Shown here: positions 1-23,192 of the stretch, in pieces
Position numbering within the stretch: the stretch's first letter is position 1
Layout: each line of letters begins with the position of its first letter
Assembly: GCF_009914755.1 (NCBI RefSeq)
Contig: NC_060925.1
From: the human T2T-CHM13v2.0 reference genome, Homo sapiens
Strand: one strand, 5' to 3'
Length of the DNA: 64,000 nt
Position numbers and translations under genes: made by a program
The notes under the pieces: model-generated
Told to the model about the DNA's origin: nothing
What the model saw: only the letters and a program-made list of their open reading frames with translations
Databases searched by the model: none

Positions 1-184
1 CAAAAATTAGCCGGGCCTGGTAGTACATGCCTGTGGTCCCAGCTACTCAGGAGGCTGGGAGGCTGAGGTGGGAGGATTGCTTGAGCCCCAGGAGGTGGAG
101 TTTGCAGTGAACCGAGATCACACTGCTACACTCCATCCTAGGCAACAGAGTGAGACCCTGTCTCAAAAAAAAAAAAGAGAAAAG

Positions 185-606
185 AAAGTGGAATTAGTTT
201 CCCACCACTTGAATCTGGGCTGGACTGTGACTTACCTTGACCAATCAATTGCAAGGGAAGTGACCCTGTGACAGTTACAAGTGTAGGTTTTAAGAGGATT
301 GGCAACTTCTGCCACCACATAAATAGGTCTGGCCAACCTGCTGGAGAGACCGCATGGAGAGAGAGGGAAAAAAAAGTCCCAGAACCTCCCTGCCAATGTC
401 CCAGGCTCATGAGTGAAGCCATTCTGGATGTTCCAGCCAAGATCCTAGAAGAATGTAGCCACAGAAATAACCCCAGTCAACATGAAGTGGAACAGAACTC
501 CCAGGTTGAGCCCAGCCAATCACCGAATCGTGAGAAATAACAAATTATCATCTTAAGTCACAAAGTTTTGGGGTACTTTGCTATATAACAACAGACAACT
601 GACACA
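185..606 (+). mobile_element. MLT1 (ERVL-MaLR) LTR fragment
   Basis: cttgaatctgggctggactgtgact...gttttggggtactttgctatataacaacagacaactgacaca resembles an MLT1 3' end. Confidence 0.7.
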
Positions 607-867
607 CTAAAATAGTTTGCAGCTTTTAGTCTGATGTTATTAACAATTTCCTCTCAGTATGCGTGTTCAGTTTCAAGAATGTTTTCTTTGTCCTTCTATG
701 AAAAATTCCCAGTTGCAATGTTATGTTGTATTTAGATTTCACTGTATAGATTACAGATTTATTATTACTCTTTCTTTTTATTTTCTCCTACCTTGAAAAC
801 TAGTTAGAGTACTCTTTCAATTACTTTTCTCAGATAAAGTTATGGATGATATACTGCCTGAATCCCT

Positions 868-1235
868 GATTATTAGTTAATGACTAAATTTCTATAACAA
901 AGAAACCCCAAAATGCAATAGCTCAAGCAAAATTGAAGTTTATTTTTCTCTCATGTTGCATTTCAGAGCATTGTTTTAGGACATTCGCAGTTATGCTGCT
1001 ACACAATCATTTATGGACATAGTATTCCCCCATCTTGTTTCTTTATCATTGAAACTGAGTCACAGGCACATCTTCCTGAGAGTGTGAAGAGGGCACACAC
1101 TGGTCTTAAGTCACTGGGCTCAGAAATGGCACATAACACTTCTGATCACATTCTATTAGAGACAGCTTAGTCCATGTAGCCACGTCTAACTACAGTGGGG
1201 GCTGGGAAATAGAATGTCATGTTTGAGGCTACAAT
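868..1235 (-). mobile_element. MLT1-like LTR fragment
   Basis: ataacaaagaaaccccaaaatgcaatagctcaagc...gtttatttttctctcatg...cacttctgatcacattctatt pattern of old MLT1 LTRs. Confidence 0.5.
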
Positions 1236-2218
1236 TATAATCCCACAGGAAAGGAGAAGATTGAATTTTACTGGAAGGCTAGCAATCTCCCTAACATCTT
1301 GTACAGTATTCACAAAACTGTCATCAATTTGCCCAAGAATGATAGCTATGCATAAGATTCTTGGATTTTAGTTTCTATCACAGTACTGTAGAACAGAAAT
1401 GCAAAGCTAGTCTAATTCTCTTTCCTTTATAAGTAAAATGTTCTTTTTAATGCCTGGAATCATATAAGCCTTTTTTCTTTATCCTTGTTTCAGTTAGGAT
1501 TTTCCCCAGTTACTACTCACCCACCCTGCACTATGCTCAGTAACTGGAGAGCTGCCTATCACTTTCCAGCAACTCTTTTTTTTTTTTTTTTTTTGAGATG
1601 TAGTCTCGCTCTGTGGCCCAGGCTGAAGTGCAGTGGCACGATCTTGGCTTACTGCAACCTCCACCTCCCGGGTTGAAGCGATTCTCCTCCCTCAGCCTCC
1701 CAAGTAGCGGGACTACAGGCACATGCCACCACGCTCAGCTAAGTTTTGTATTTTTAGCAGAGACGGGGTTTCACCATATTGGTCAGGCTGGTCTTGAACT
1801 CCTGACCTCAAATGATCCGCCTGCCTTGGCTTCCCTAAGTGTTGGGATTACAGGCGTGAGCCATGGCACTTGGCCTCCAGCAACATTTTAAAAACATTTC
1901 ATAACCCAATATATTATTTTTTCAGCAAAACTTAGTGATTTTTTCTCCTAAATAGAGTAAATAAAACTAAACATAGCCTCACATCAGTTCTGGTCAGGCT
2001 TTGCTGCTAAAAGAGTTCAGGTGTAGTTATATTATGCCACCAACTGAATTATGAAAAACTTTCATTTTTAGAGCCTTTCAAATTTCAAGATTGTTAAGTA
2101 AGAGACTGTGGACCCGTAAATTTAAGTTTAAACTTTTCCTACTTTCTCATGAAGTTTCTGTTTATGATGGTAAGAATCAAGGAAAAGGTTTTGTTTTGTT
2201 TTTGTTTTTGTTTTTTGA

Positions 2219-2377
<159 letters not shown>

Positions 2378-2672
2378 TAGTAGAGACGGGGTTTCTCTAT
2401 GTTGGTCAGGCTGGTCTTGAACTCCCGACCTCAGGTGATCCACCTGCCTTGGCCTCCCAAAGTGCTGGCATTACAGGCATGAGGTTTTTGTTAATATGCA
2501 CTTTACATCACCCCTTTTCTGGTGATTTGGGAGCACTACCTTGGTCTGCATATGTGGCTTAAACAAGATGGAAATTTATTTCTCTTTTACATACATAGAA
2601 GTTCACAGGTTGTTGGTATGGCAGATCCATAAACATAAAAAAAGTACAAATTATAAGTGTAAAACTCCATGA

Positions 2673-2813
<141 letters not shown>

Positions 2814-4549
2814 TGAGTAGCTGGGACTACAAGCATGCACTACCATGCTTAGCTAATTTTTGTATTTTTATAGAGACAGGGTCTCACTATGTTGCTCAGG
2901 CTGGTCTTGAACTCCTGAGCTCAAGCGATCCATCTGCCTCAGTCTCCCAAAGTGCTGGGATTACAGGTGTGAGCCACCATACCTGACCAGCTCCATGAAT
3001 TATTACAAAGCAAATATAGTATTTTAACCATTAACCAGACCAAGATATAGGACATTACTAGCCCTCCAGAAGGCCTACTTCTGAGGAAATGAACTTTGGA
3101 ATCCTTCTGTGAGTGCCTTATTTTATTTTATTTTATTTTATTTATTTGAGACAGGGTCTTGCTCTGTCACCCAGGCTGGAGTGCCGTGGTGCAGTCATAG
3201 CTCACTGAAGCCTTGAGCTCCTGGGCTCAAGCAATCCTCCCACCCCCAGCCTCCTGAGCAGCTGGAACTATAGGGACACCCTACCATGACCAGCTAATTT
3301 TTAAAAAAAATTTTTGTAGTGATAAGGACTCACAATCTTTTCCAGGCTGGTAATGATAAATTTTAAATTGGGAGGATAAATAGTCTTCTGGCAACCAGAT
3401 GAGGGGGTGGACTTAGGGGAAAATTGGGGGAACAATGGTGCCAACACGAAGTCACATGACCCATAGCAAGACCAAGCAAGAACCTGCAAATAGAGGTAAA
3501 AGGGCCCAGCTTTGTATCGTGCCAAAACCAACTCCAACACCAAGCTTCTGGGTTCAGGGCAGAAAAACAAGTCAATGCAAGGGCTGTACCCAGAGGCATC
3601 TGGAGAAGAGTCAGACAGTGAATATGAACTATCCCAGGAACGTGAGCCCACACAGGATAGTGTTCAGCCAATATTTCAGCATGCCTCCGCTGTAGGTTTA
3701 TTTCAACCTTCAGAGATTTGATGCAAGTCCCTTCCTCAACCCAGAATGAGGACAAATGCATCCATGGAATTACGTGGACTGAAGCCCTGGTTTGGCCTTG
3801 ACCACATGCTGGTCCCAGACCTGAGAAAAACTCTCTTGCTACACCTCAGTAGCTACCATCTGACTGCCTTGGGCTCCCCCTCTCTCCAGCAGAGAGAACA
3901 ATACTCAATCACTGCCCCCACCCACAAACACTCTGGTTATGCCCTAATTCTGTGGGGCCAGAACTGGTTCAGGCTCTAATCCAGAAACTGCTGCTTCCCA
4001 GAGACCATAGAAATATTCTCACTCTCTCACTCTCCCTCAGCCTTGATCATAGGTCTCCCACCCATGGCCAGAGCTGACCCAGCTCCTCAGCTCTGCACAC
4101 ACCTGCACACACTGGCCCTGCATCCTCTGACTGGACCCACTCTGGCCTCGATTCTCACCCTCACCTCCAGCTGTTGCTCCACAGGCCTCAGAAGTGAGGT
4201 CTCTTTCATTTTTCTTCCTTCACGTCAAGGCTTGACTCACTCTGTCTGCTGGGCTTCTCTGCACTTGGCATTTCCTTTTTCTCTGGTTATAGGAGGAGGA
4301 AGACAATTTCTCCCATGGGTCCCAGAATTCCTTTGTGGGATTAAATTGTCCTTATGTGACTCAGAAACCACCAGCTTGCCTCTGTTATCTGACCTCTAGG
4401 AATGGAACTTCTATTTTGTAACTCTGCTGGCCAGAAAGGGTCTCAGGAGGCTCTCTCTGGGACTTCCCCTTCTGGTACTCTGGTGCTTTACCTGCCTCTA
4501 AATTGAGCATGTCCTGTAAATGGCTCTCATGGAATGGTTTTCTTCTTTG

Positions 4550-6860
<2,311 letters not shown>

Positions 6861-8197
6861 TTGGCTGGGCAATCCCCTGACCTCTGCCTCCCAAAGTGCT
6901 AGGATTACAAGTGTGAGCCACTGCAACCAGCCTATTCTATTAAATTTCTAATATTAACTACTGTATTTTTAATTTCCAAGAGCTCTTTCTTACTCCCTAA
7001 TTCTGGTTTTGTTTTTTTTTTTTTTTTCATAGAATTGCTTCTTGTTTTATCCATATGAAAAGTATAGTAACTCTTCAGGTATATTAACTAATGTTGGTGA
7101 GCTTTTTAAGTAATTTTCTTTTTTTTTTTTTTTTTTTGAGACGGAGTCTCACTCTGTCCTCTGTCTCCCAGGCTGGAGTGCAGTGGCACGATCTTGGCTC
7201 ACTGCAACCTCTGCTCCCGGATTCACACCATTCTCCTGTCTCAGCCTCCCGAGTAGCTGGGACAGCTGGTGCCTGCCACCACGCCTGGCTGATTTTTTTT
7301 GTATTTTTAGTAGAGACGGGGTTTCACTGTGTTAGCCAGGATGGTCTCGATCTCCTGACCTTGTGATCCGCCTGCCTCAGCCTCCCAAAGTGCTAGGATT
7401 ACAGACATGAGCCACTGCGCCTGGCTTAAGTAATTTTCTTAAATAATTTTCTGTTTCTTGTATTGTCCTTACTTACTCCAGGTTTCTTTTTCCTGCTTCT
7501 TATTAATAATTGTAGTCTCTCTTTCACCTTTAAAGTTTCCTTAAATGTCTATGATCCCTGCTGCTTTACTCATTTTTTAGTAAAGCACATGGAGAAGTGG
7601 GCTCCACTGGCTTTTTCATTGAGGGATCACCAAATGGCCCATCTAAAGATCTTTACTCTAGAGTCATTCGGTTTCTCCAAAGAAAAATCCTTCAAGTTCT
7701 TGCCTTATGACCACGGATCTGAGAACAACATGGAGGAAGAGGGCTGCAAGCCCTATCACTCTGTAGACTTCCACTCTTTTCATTCCCTATTCCCCCCATT
7801 TTCATTGTCTCTACTCTCCATCGTGCCAGATATCCCCAAACATGAAGTCTCTCTGGTTGTTTCTCCAAAATGAAAGAGTCTGGTCTAGGTTGTTGTCTGG
7901 CTGTAATGGATGCTGGAGAGATTACTAGGGGATCTAGCTGATCCACATTTAGAGTTTCTACCAATTCCTATGTTTTCATCCCGATGTCACCACTCACCCT
8001 CTGAGACGCCAAATGCCTCTGCACCTTGAGCCTTTCTGGAGTTCTGTGGAATGGATTGACTTCCTTCTAAGGTACCTACCTCTGCAGGTACATAGTAGTT
8101 TTCACCTTCTGTAAGTTTTCGGTCTTCAAAAATGTGTTGAACTCTTTCATTCTTTGGTATCTCCTTTCCCATTCTTCTTGCCCTTCTGTAGCTTTAA

Positions 8198-8560
<363 letters not shown>

Positions 8561-8575
8561 TAAATCAGAATTTAG

Positions 8576-8860
<285 letters not shown>

Positions 8861-9754
8861 TGAACTCCTGGGCTCAAACAGTCCTCCTGCTTCAGTCACC
8901 TAAAGTGCTGGGATTACAGATGTGAACCATCACACCCAGCCTATTTTACTTTCTGAAGGGAGCCAAAGAATCTGTGTAGAAGACATCATCTCCTGCCATT
9001 CTGCCAAACCAGAAAATAGGCCTGTCACTACTGAGAGCTGGGGATCCCAGGAGGAATGTTGACCCTATGCCTGATGAAACTCAAGGTTCCAGGCAATTTG
9101 TGAGTCCTGTATACTATTTCTACTATTCCTATACACTCCCAGGATGCTTCCCATGGAGGGGCAGGAAGGGCTCTGGGGAGGGCTGAAGAGGGCCCAGACC
9201 CTCCTAACACCCTGTTTTAGTGGATGATGGGAGGCTTTCTTTCCAGGGCTTCTCCATTTCCTCTTGGAAAGAAAGATTCTGTGGCGCTAGCGAGGTGTAT
9301 CTGCCTTCCTGCCTACCTGCCTACTGGTTTTCCTTCTGGCCTAAAAGGTTCTGTCTGTGCCACTCTTCCTAAGTCCCTCTCCATTTCTAGGATATTGGTC
9401 TGGGCCTCAGAGCCCCCTCCCTCCCTCAGCTATATCAGCCGTGCTGGCTTAGGGGTGATTAAGAATTTAATTATTTTGTTTCTTCATCTTAGAAGATTAA
9501 TCCTATCCATCACAGGCAGGCCATGCCTTCTCCTCTTGTTCCTTTCTCAGGGCTACCTAGCCAATTCCAAGAGGAAGAAACTCCATGGCTCTCTAGGTCT
9601 AGAAACAATGGATGAAGTTTTAGTTAGGGTGAGGGGGTGTGTATCAATGTAGACAAGTGAGTGTTTGTTTAGTGTTGAGTATAGGTTTTAACATGTTTGC
9701 CTGTGAAGACATTCAAGCCTTTTGGTTTTCTGCTCAGAGGAGGCCAAGGTGCAA

Positions 9755-9757
<3 letters not shown>

Positions 9758-9785
<28 letters not shown>

Positions 9786-10067
9786 GAGATGGAGTCTCAC
9801 TCTATTGCCCAGGCTGGAGTGCAGTGGCACAATCTTGGCTCACTGCAACCTCCGCTTCCTGAGTTCAAGCGATTCTCCTCCCTCTACCTCCTGAGTAGAT
9901 GGGCTTACAGGTGTGTGCCACCACGCCTGGCTAATTTTTTGTATTTTTAGTAGAGACAGGGCTTCACCATGTTAGTGAGGCTGGTCTTGAACTCCTGACC
10001 TTCTGATCCACCCACCTCAGCCTCCTAAAGTGATGAGATTACAGGCATGAGCCACCATGCCTGGCCT
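9758..10067 (-). mobile_element. AluS inserted in the RPL12 retrocopy 5'UTR
   Basis: Full Alu flanked by TSD aaggtgcaactt (9746-9757 and 10068-10079). Confidence 0.92.
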
Positions 10068-10717
10068 AAGGTGCAACTTTCTTCCGTCATCTCACATCTG
10101 GGTACATCTGACACCAGCCACCTCCACCGTACTGCCTAAGTTCAACCCCAACAAGATTAATGTTGCAAACCTTAGGTGTACCGATGGGGAAGTCAGTGCC
10201 ATTTCTGCCCCGGCTCCTAAGATCAAGCCCCTGAGTCCATCTCCAAAAATGGCTGGCAATGACATCACCAAGTTAATGGGTGACTAGAAGGGTTTCAGGA
10301 TTACAGTGACATTGACCCTTCAGAATAGACAGACTCAGGTTGAACTGGGACCTTTTGCCTCTGTCCTGATGTTACAGTAGGTAGCTAGCCTGGTATGAGC
10401 AGAGCAAGAAAGGGCTCACACACACACCAGGAGTGCCAGGCAACCATCAGGTGATGGTCAGGCAGCTGTTAACTGTTTCTCTAAATAATTGGTCACAGCC
10501 AGCGCCGGGGAAAGGCAGTCTCCTAATAGATAGAAAACGCCTGAAAATTGATCATCAGCTTCCCAATAAGATCTCAGGGGTGGGGAGAAGTAAGGCACGA
10601 TCCCAGAAGTATGCCAATGTATAAAACCCCAAGTCAAGAAGTCAAGCTGCACACTTGATTTCTCAAGTCGCCCGTTTGCCCTATTCCAAGTTGTACTTTC
10701 CTTCTTTTCTTTCCTTT

Positions 10718-15497
<4,780 letters not shown>

Positions 15498-16035
15498 CTT
15501 TTCTTCCTTTCCTTGCTGTTCCAAAGCTTTTTAAGAAAGTTTCACTCCTGCTCTGAAACCTTGTCTCGGTCTCTCCTTCTGCCTTATGCCCCTCAGTTGA
15601 ATTCTTTCTTCTGAGGAGGCAAGGACTGAAGTTGCTGCAGACCTGTACGGATTTGCTGCTGGCATAACTCGGATACCTGCCACCAGTAACACTGATCCTT
15701 TAAGCCCTCAAGGAACCTCCAAGAGATAGAAACAAAAATATTAAACACAGTGGAAATGTCACTTTTGATGAGATAATCAACATTGCCCAACAGGTGTGGC
15801 ACCAGTCTTTGGCCAGAACCATTAAAGAGATCTTGGGGATTGCCCAGGCTGTGGGCTGCAATGTTGATTGTCACCCGCCCTCATGACATCATAGATGACA
15901 TCAACAATGGTGCAGCAGAATGTTCCACTAGTTAAAATGCACAAAAAAGATGTTCAATAAAAGATAATTTGACAGCCCAAAAAAATTTATTGCAACATGT
16001 ATATACAGGCAGGTGATTATGTAAGTTTTATGTGA

Positions 16036-16221
<186 letters not shown>

Positions 16222-16439
16222 TGAATATGTATTTGCATGCAAGGGATAGAAGGAGTAGAGGCTGATTAGCCTGTGACATTATCCTGAGTGTCCTCCCAGC
16301 AACCTTAACCTTGACAAAACAGATACATAATCTTCTGAGTCTTTGCATCTCTGGGACTAGTCTTGTATTCAGACTAGTGTATTCAGAGTTGCAATGCACC
16401 TTGGTGGTTACATGATCTCAGGTTTGTGTCGTACTTGAA

Positions 16440-16589
16440 TCCCCACGGCAGCATTCTTATAGGAGTCTCCAGCCTCTCTTTGCAGTTTTCAAGACAGGAA
16501 GTTGACTTCTTCCTTGCAGCTCCTTCCACAGTGAACAACTTGGCTGTCAGAGAGGTTCTGATTACAAAACCCAGTCCAGCCACAAAAAG
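16440..16589 (+). other. Candidate distal non-coding 5' exon of ZMYM1
   Basis: Unique sequence with donor AAG|gtattt at 16590, ETS-like ACAGGAAGT at 16494-16502 and a possible acceptor ctctctttgcag ending 16485. Consistent with my unverified recollection of an upstream ZMYM1 start about 20 kb 5' of the CpG island. Confidence 0.4.
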
Positions 16590-16804
16590 GTATTTCGTTT
16601 CTCTCTCTTGCCCTCACCCTTACTTATATAATTCATCTCTAGGGTGCCACCTTTCCTTTTCTAGATCACTGAGTCTCAAGTCATTGAGTATCATTGAGCC
16701 AGAGCCAGTGCTGAGCACTAGATACATATAGATGGATGAAATAAATGTTGGCCTTTAAAGTTTACACCCTAGTAGAGAGACAAACATGGGGGAAATACTA
16801 TTTG

Positions 16805-16807
<3 letters not shown>

Positions 16808-16847
<40 letters not shown>
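16808..16847. repeat. (TTA)n trinucleotide repeat in an Alu tail
   Basis: About 13 TTA units preceding an antisense Alu. Confidence 0.92.
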
Positions 16848-16848
<1 letters not shown>

Positions 16849-16852
16849 TTGA

Positions 16853-17002
<150 letters not shown>

Positions 17003-17004
17003 TA

Positions 17005-17160
<156 letters not shown>

Positions 17161-18103
17161 TTAACTTGGCCTAGGGGAAAGAGAGGTGGCTTCCAGGAGG
17201 AATTCCTGGAGGAAGGAAGACCTCTGAACTAAGTCAGAGGGCAAAGGCAGGCAGAGGTAGCTCTCAGTCTGTGCTGCCTCCTTCGCCCCTCCTCTCCTGC
17301 TGTGTCCTCAGCTCCCACATTTCTTTTCTCCTGCTAAGTCCAGAAATCTACAAAGGAGGGCAGGGGCTTGGACATCCCTGAGGCTGGAGCAAGATCAGGC
17401 AGAGTTTCAGGCAGAGCTGAGGTGGCACCACATTAACCCAGAAGTCAGCCAACCAGCCAGCCTTTGTGGGACCTCCTAGGGCCCAGCCCTATGCCTGACT
17501 GTCCTATGAGAGAGGCCCAGAAGGAGACTGGCCCTGGTGCTTGAAACTCCTGTCCTAGCTCACACAGAGAGCTCACAGGACAGTATGCTAACCCAGGAGG
17601 CAGTCCCAAGCTCTGGGCCCACCTGGAACAGGGTAGGAAAGGCCATGAGCCTGGCTAGGCTGAACAGCTCCTCCCCAATGGACACCTGCCATGGCCTTGA
17701 GCCCCTAACTACTGTTCTCTGGCAGTCCTGCCAGGCCTAAGTCTGTCAGCACCCCCAAAAGCCAGGACACACCTTGGATTCTATGGTCACATCAGCCTAG
17801 TCTAACACTAGTCATGGATTCTTAGACTACAGAAGGCTCTGGGACACTAGAAAGGAAGAAAGGAAGCAAGTGAGTTCCTCCTGTACCAGGCACCACGCTG
17901 GGTGCTTCACACAGATTAATCTTTTAATCCTCACCATAACTCAACTTCAGCATGTTCATAAAGAAGGACACATACTACTAAACTGTTAATAACATTTAAA
18001 TGTGATGGGGAGAATATTAGGGGATTTTGTTTCAATGTTTAACCCAATCATGTATCATCAGAAATGAAGTATTTCTAGCAGCCAAAACATTATCTGTCAA
18101 TCA

Positions 18104-18144
18104 AGATAGATAGATATAGATAGATAGATACATAGATAGATAGA
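18104..18144. repeat. (GATA)n imperfect tetranucleotide repeat
   Basis: agatagatagatatagatagatagatacatagatagataga. Confidence 0.9.
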
Positions 18145-18252
18145 AATATAGACATCTTGGCTGGGTGCGGTGGCTCACGCCTGTAATCCTAGCACTTTGG
18201 AAGGCCGAGGCAGGCAGATCACAAGGTCAGGAGATCAAGACCATCCTGGCTA

Positions 18253-18674
<422 letters not shown>

Positions 18675-19989
18675 TAATAGAGATGGGGTTTCACCATGTT
18701 GGCCAAGCTGGCCTCGAACTCTTGACCTCGTGATCTGCCCATCTCGGCCTCCCAAAGTGCTGGGATTACAGGCGTGAGCCACTGCGCCCAGCCTTATTTC
18801 CCATTTTTTTTATGTAAAGCGTCAATTATTCGCATTCTAGTCCTGACTCCTGTCCACCCTCTCATTCTTACCCAGTTGAGGTAGTGACTTCTCTAAATGG
18901 AAACTTTGGAAGAAGAAACTCATTGTGTGCAGTCCAGCCTCTTCCTCTTTTCTTTCTACTTAGAAGCAAGTTGTCAACAGAGAACACTAGTTATTCTTTG
19001 CTCTTTTCTGCCTTAAATCTCACAGGAGCAGACCTGTCATGTAAGGAGGTTCTACCCTCCAACCTAGCTTTTTCCAGTAATGAAGGTGATACTATCTTTT
19101 ATTTGCCATTTCTATTGACTCTTATTTCTCAATTGGTTTAGAAGTGAGTGGGGAAGAGCAGTGTTAATTATTGGGCTCCCTTTGAATTCCCAGTAGTACA
19201 GTAGAAAGTACACTGAAGTAGGAGATACCAGGCACAGGTTTGTAATCCTAAATCTGCCACTTAACCAGTTGTGCCCTTGGGCAAATCACTTGCCATTTAA
19301 AGCCTTAAATTCTTATCTAATAAATACATCTAAATTATTGGTTATAGCAACAGAAACCGGGTCTGGTTACTTTAAGCCAAAAAGGGGAAATGTGTAATAA
19401 GGATACTGATGGCTTACAAAACGATGAGAAGCTAAGATAAAAGGTTTAGACAATAGGCAGAACCAGGGACCTCCCAAGATCTGTCAGTAAGAACAGCTTG
19501 ATCCACATCACTGCTAATGCTAAAATAAACCTTATGCCAAACATTCTGTCTTTTAATCTGGGTAAGAACAAATGCTAAAATAACCTTCCAAATCACAGAG
19601 GTTTTACACAACGGAAGTTTATTTCTGTCTCACACCACAGTCCAGCATGGGTGCTTCTGGTCTAGTGGCTTTCTTGGCAGCTCTCCTCCAGGCAGTGACT
19701 CAGGGACCCAGACTCCTTCCGTCTTCTCTTGGAGAGGAAAAGAGAGGGCAAAGATCAAATGTGGGAGGTTTTAATAGGTCAAGCCTTTTCTTTTTTTTTT
19801 TTTTTTAAGAGACAGGGCCTCACTTTATCACCCAGGTTGGAGTGCAGTGGTGCCATCATAACTCACTGCAGCCTCAGATTCCTGGGCTCCAGTGGTTCTT
19901 CAGCCTCAGTCTCTAGAGTAGCTGGGACTACAGGAATGTGCCACCACATTCAGCTAAGTTTTGTTGTGTTTCCTTTTGTTTTGTTTTAA

Positions 19990-20136
<147 letters not shown>

Positions 20137-21309
20137 TAAATTTTTTTTAGAGATGGGGTCTCACCATGTTGCCCAGGCTGGTTCTAGAACTCCTGGCCTC
20201 AAGCAGTCCTTCCACCACAGCCTCCTAAGTAACTGGGATTACAGGCACAAGCCACTGAACCTAGCTTCTATCTAAATTCTATCGTCCGGAACCCAAGACA
20301 TAAGGCCGCAGCTAACAACAACAACAAAAAAATGTAGTCCATCTGTATGCCCAAAAAGATAAGGAAATAGGGTTTGCTGAACATTTGACGATCTCTATCA
20401 CAATATTACGTGAACAAGATTCAAAGTTCTGAGAAGGATCACCTGATTGGACAAGTTTAGGTCACATGCTAACCTACTAGTTCTATCAGGAAAGAAATAT
20501 AGGAAGGATCTGTCCGTCTTTACTTCCACTGTGAGAGGTGGCACTAAAAGAGAAGGCAGAAGAATTTCCCTCACTGATAATGGAGAATTTCCCTAAAAGG
20601 GAGATCAAGGTGTTTACAGATAGGTGGAGAGATAGATGCTAGATAGCCCGAAATGATAGATATCCAGTACATCTGTAATCTGCATGGATTTAAAAAAAGA
20701 AAGTTTCAGCCGGGCACAGTGGCTCACGCCTGTAATCCCAGCACTTTGGGAGGCCGAGGCTGGTGGATCACGAGGTCAGGAGTTCAAGACCAGCCTGACC
20801 AACCTGGTGAAACCCCATCTCTACTAAAAATATAAAAATCAGCCGGGCGTGATTGTGCACATCTGTAATCCCAGCTACTCAGGAGGCTGAGGCGGGAGAA
20901 TTGCTTGACCCCAGGAGTTTAAGGCCAGCCTGGGAAACACGGTGAGATCCTGTCTCAAAAAAAAAAAAAAAAAAAAACAAAAAACACTGAAAGGAGAAAT
21001 AGACAAATCCACAATTATAGTTGGAAACTTCAACACTCCTCTCAAAGTAGTTGATAGAAACAGTAGACAGAAAATGAGCAAGGAAATAGAAAAATTGAAT
21101 AACATCAAACAATTGGATCTAATTTACATTTATAGGACACTCCACCCAACAACAGTAGAACATACATTCTTTCAAGTACATGAGGAACATTTACCGAAAT
21201 AGACAATATCCTGGGTTATAAAACCATAACAAATTTAAAATAATTAAGATAATAAACATTTTCCCTGGTCATAAAGAAATTAAATGAGAAATCAATAACA
21301 GAAAGATAA

Positions 21310-21531
<222 letters not shown>

Positions 21532-21769
21532 TAGTAGAGGCAGGGTTTCACCGTGGTCTCTATCTCCTGACCTCGTGATCCGCCTGCCTCGGCCTCCCAA
21601 AGTGCTGGGCTTACAAGCGTGAGCCACTGCGCCCGGCCTAAACAACGTATTTCTAAAACTTCTAAACACACTGACCATGGATTAAAGAAGACTCAAATAA
21701 AATTAGAATATTTTAATTGAACAAAAAAATACAATTTATCGAAATTTGTGGGATACAACTAAAGCAGTA

Positions 21770-22233
21770 CAATTGACCCTTCAACAATATGAGTTTGAAC
21801 TGCATGGGTCCACTTTTATATGTAGGTTTTCTCCCCGCTGCCACCCCTGAGATAGCTAGACCATTGTCTTCCCTTCCTCCTCCTCCACAACCTACTCTGC
21901 CTGAAGATGAGGAGGATGAAGACATTTATGACTGGTTCATTCCCGGCTTTCGGCACCAAAAAAAAAAAATGACTTTTATGACCCATTTACACATAATGAA
22001 TAATAAATATATATTCCCTTCCTTTTGATTTTTTTAATACCATCTTCTTTTCTCTAGCTTACTTTATTGTAAGAATATAGTATATAATACATACAGAAAA
22101 TATAGTTAATTGACGTTTATGTTATTGGTAAGGCTTCTGGTCAACAGTAGGCTGTTAGTAATTAGGTTTTGGGGGATTCAAAAGTTACACATGAATCTTC
22201 GGCTGTGCAGGGTGGTTGGCCAAGAGTCAACTG
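21770..22233 (+). mobile_element. Tigger2a/MER28-like TcMar DNA transposon
   Basis: Termini CAATTGACCCTTCAAC ... CAAGAGTCAACTG with TA duplications (21768-21769, 22234-22235); inserted in old L1 ORF2 sequence. Confidence 0.82.
21932..21958 (+). pseudogene. Retroposed 3' fragment (positions 50-76, including CCA) of tRNA-Phe(GAA)
   Basis: CTGGTTCATTCCCGGCTTTCGGCACCA vs tRNA-Phe 3' end CTGGTTCRATCCCGGGTTTCGGCACCA; followed by an A tail (21959-21969); flanked by aagacatttatga / atgacttttatga. Confidence 0.8.
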
Positions 22234-22864
22234 TATTTAAAGGGAAATTTATGGCATTAATTCGTTAGAAAAGAAGAATGATCTCAAATAAATAATCTAA
22301 GCTTCCATCTTAAGAAGTTAGAAAAAAAAAAGGAAAATAATTCCAAAGCAAGCAGAAGGAAGGAAATAAAGAGCAGAAATCAATGAAATTAAAATAGGGA
22401 AAACTGATAAAACCAAAACTTGGCTCTTTGGAAAGATCAGTAAGATGGATAAACCTCTAGCAAGACTGATAAAGAAAAATTAGAGTAACCACAACTTATT
22501 AATATCAGGAATGAAAGAGGGGATATTGCTACAGGGCACACAAACATTAAAAGGACAAAAATACCACTAACAACTCTACCCATAAAAATTCAACAATTTA
22601 GGTGAAATGGACCAAGAGTTCAGAAAACAAAAACTAGCAAAACCCATCCAAGATAAACCAGATAAGCTGTTCTATACAAATTAAATAAATTGAATTCGTA
22701 GTTTAACATTTTCTAAAATAGAAATTTCCAGGCCCAGATGATTTCACAAGGAATCTATAAAAAAAACCTCCTACAACTAATAAATATGTTTAGTAAGGTT
22801 GCAAGGTTAACACACAAAAACCAATTGTATTTTTATATACTGGCAATGAACAATTAGAAAATAA

Positions 22865-23192
<328 letters not shown>

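Noticed and set aside
21941-21958. Minus-strand tRNA-Phe primer-binding site of an ERV (TGGTGCCGAAAGCCGGGA)
   Set aside because: There is no adjacent LTR, the match extends 9 nt past the 18-nt PBS into the T-arm, and it has a poly(A) tail and TSD.
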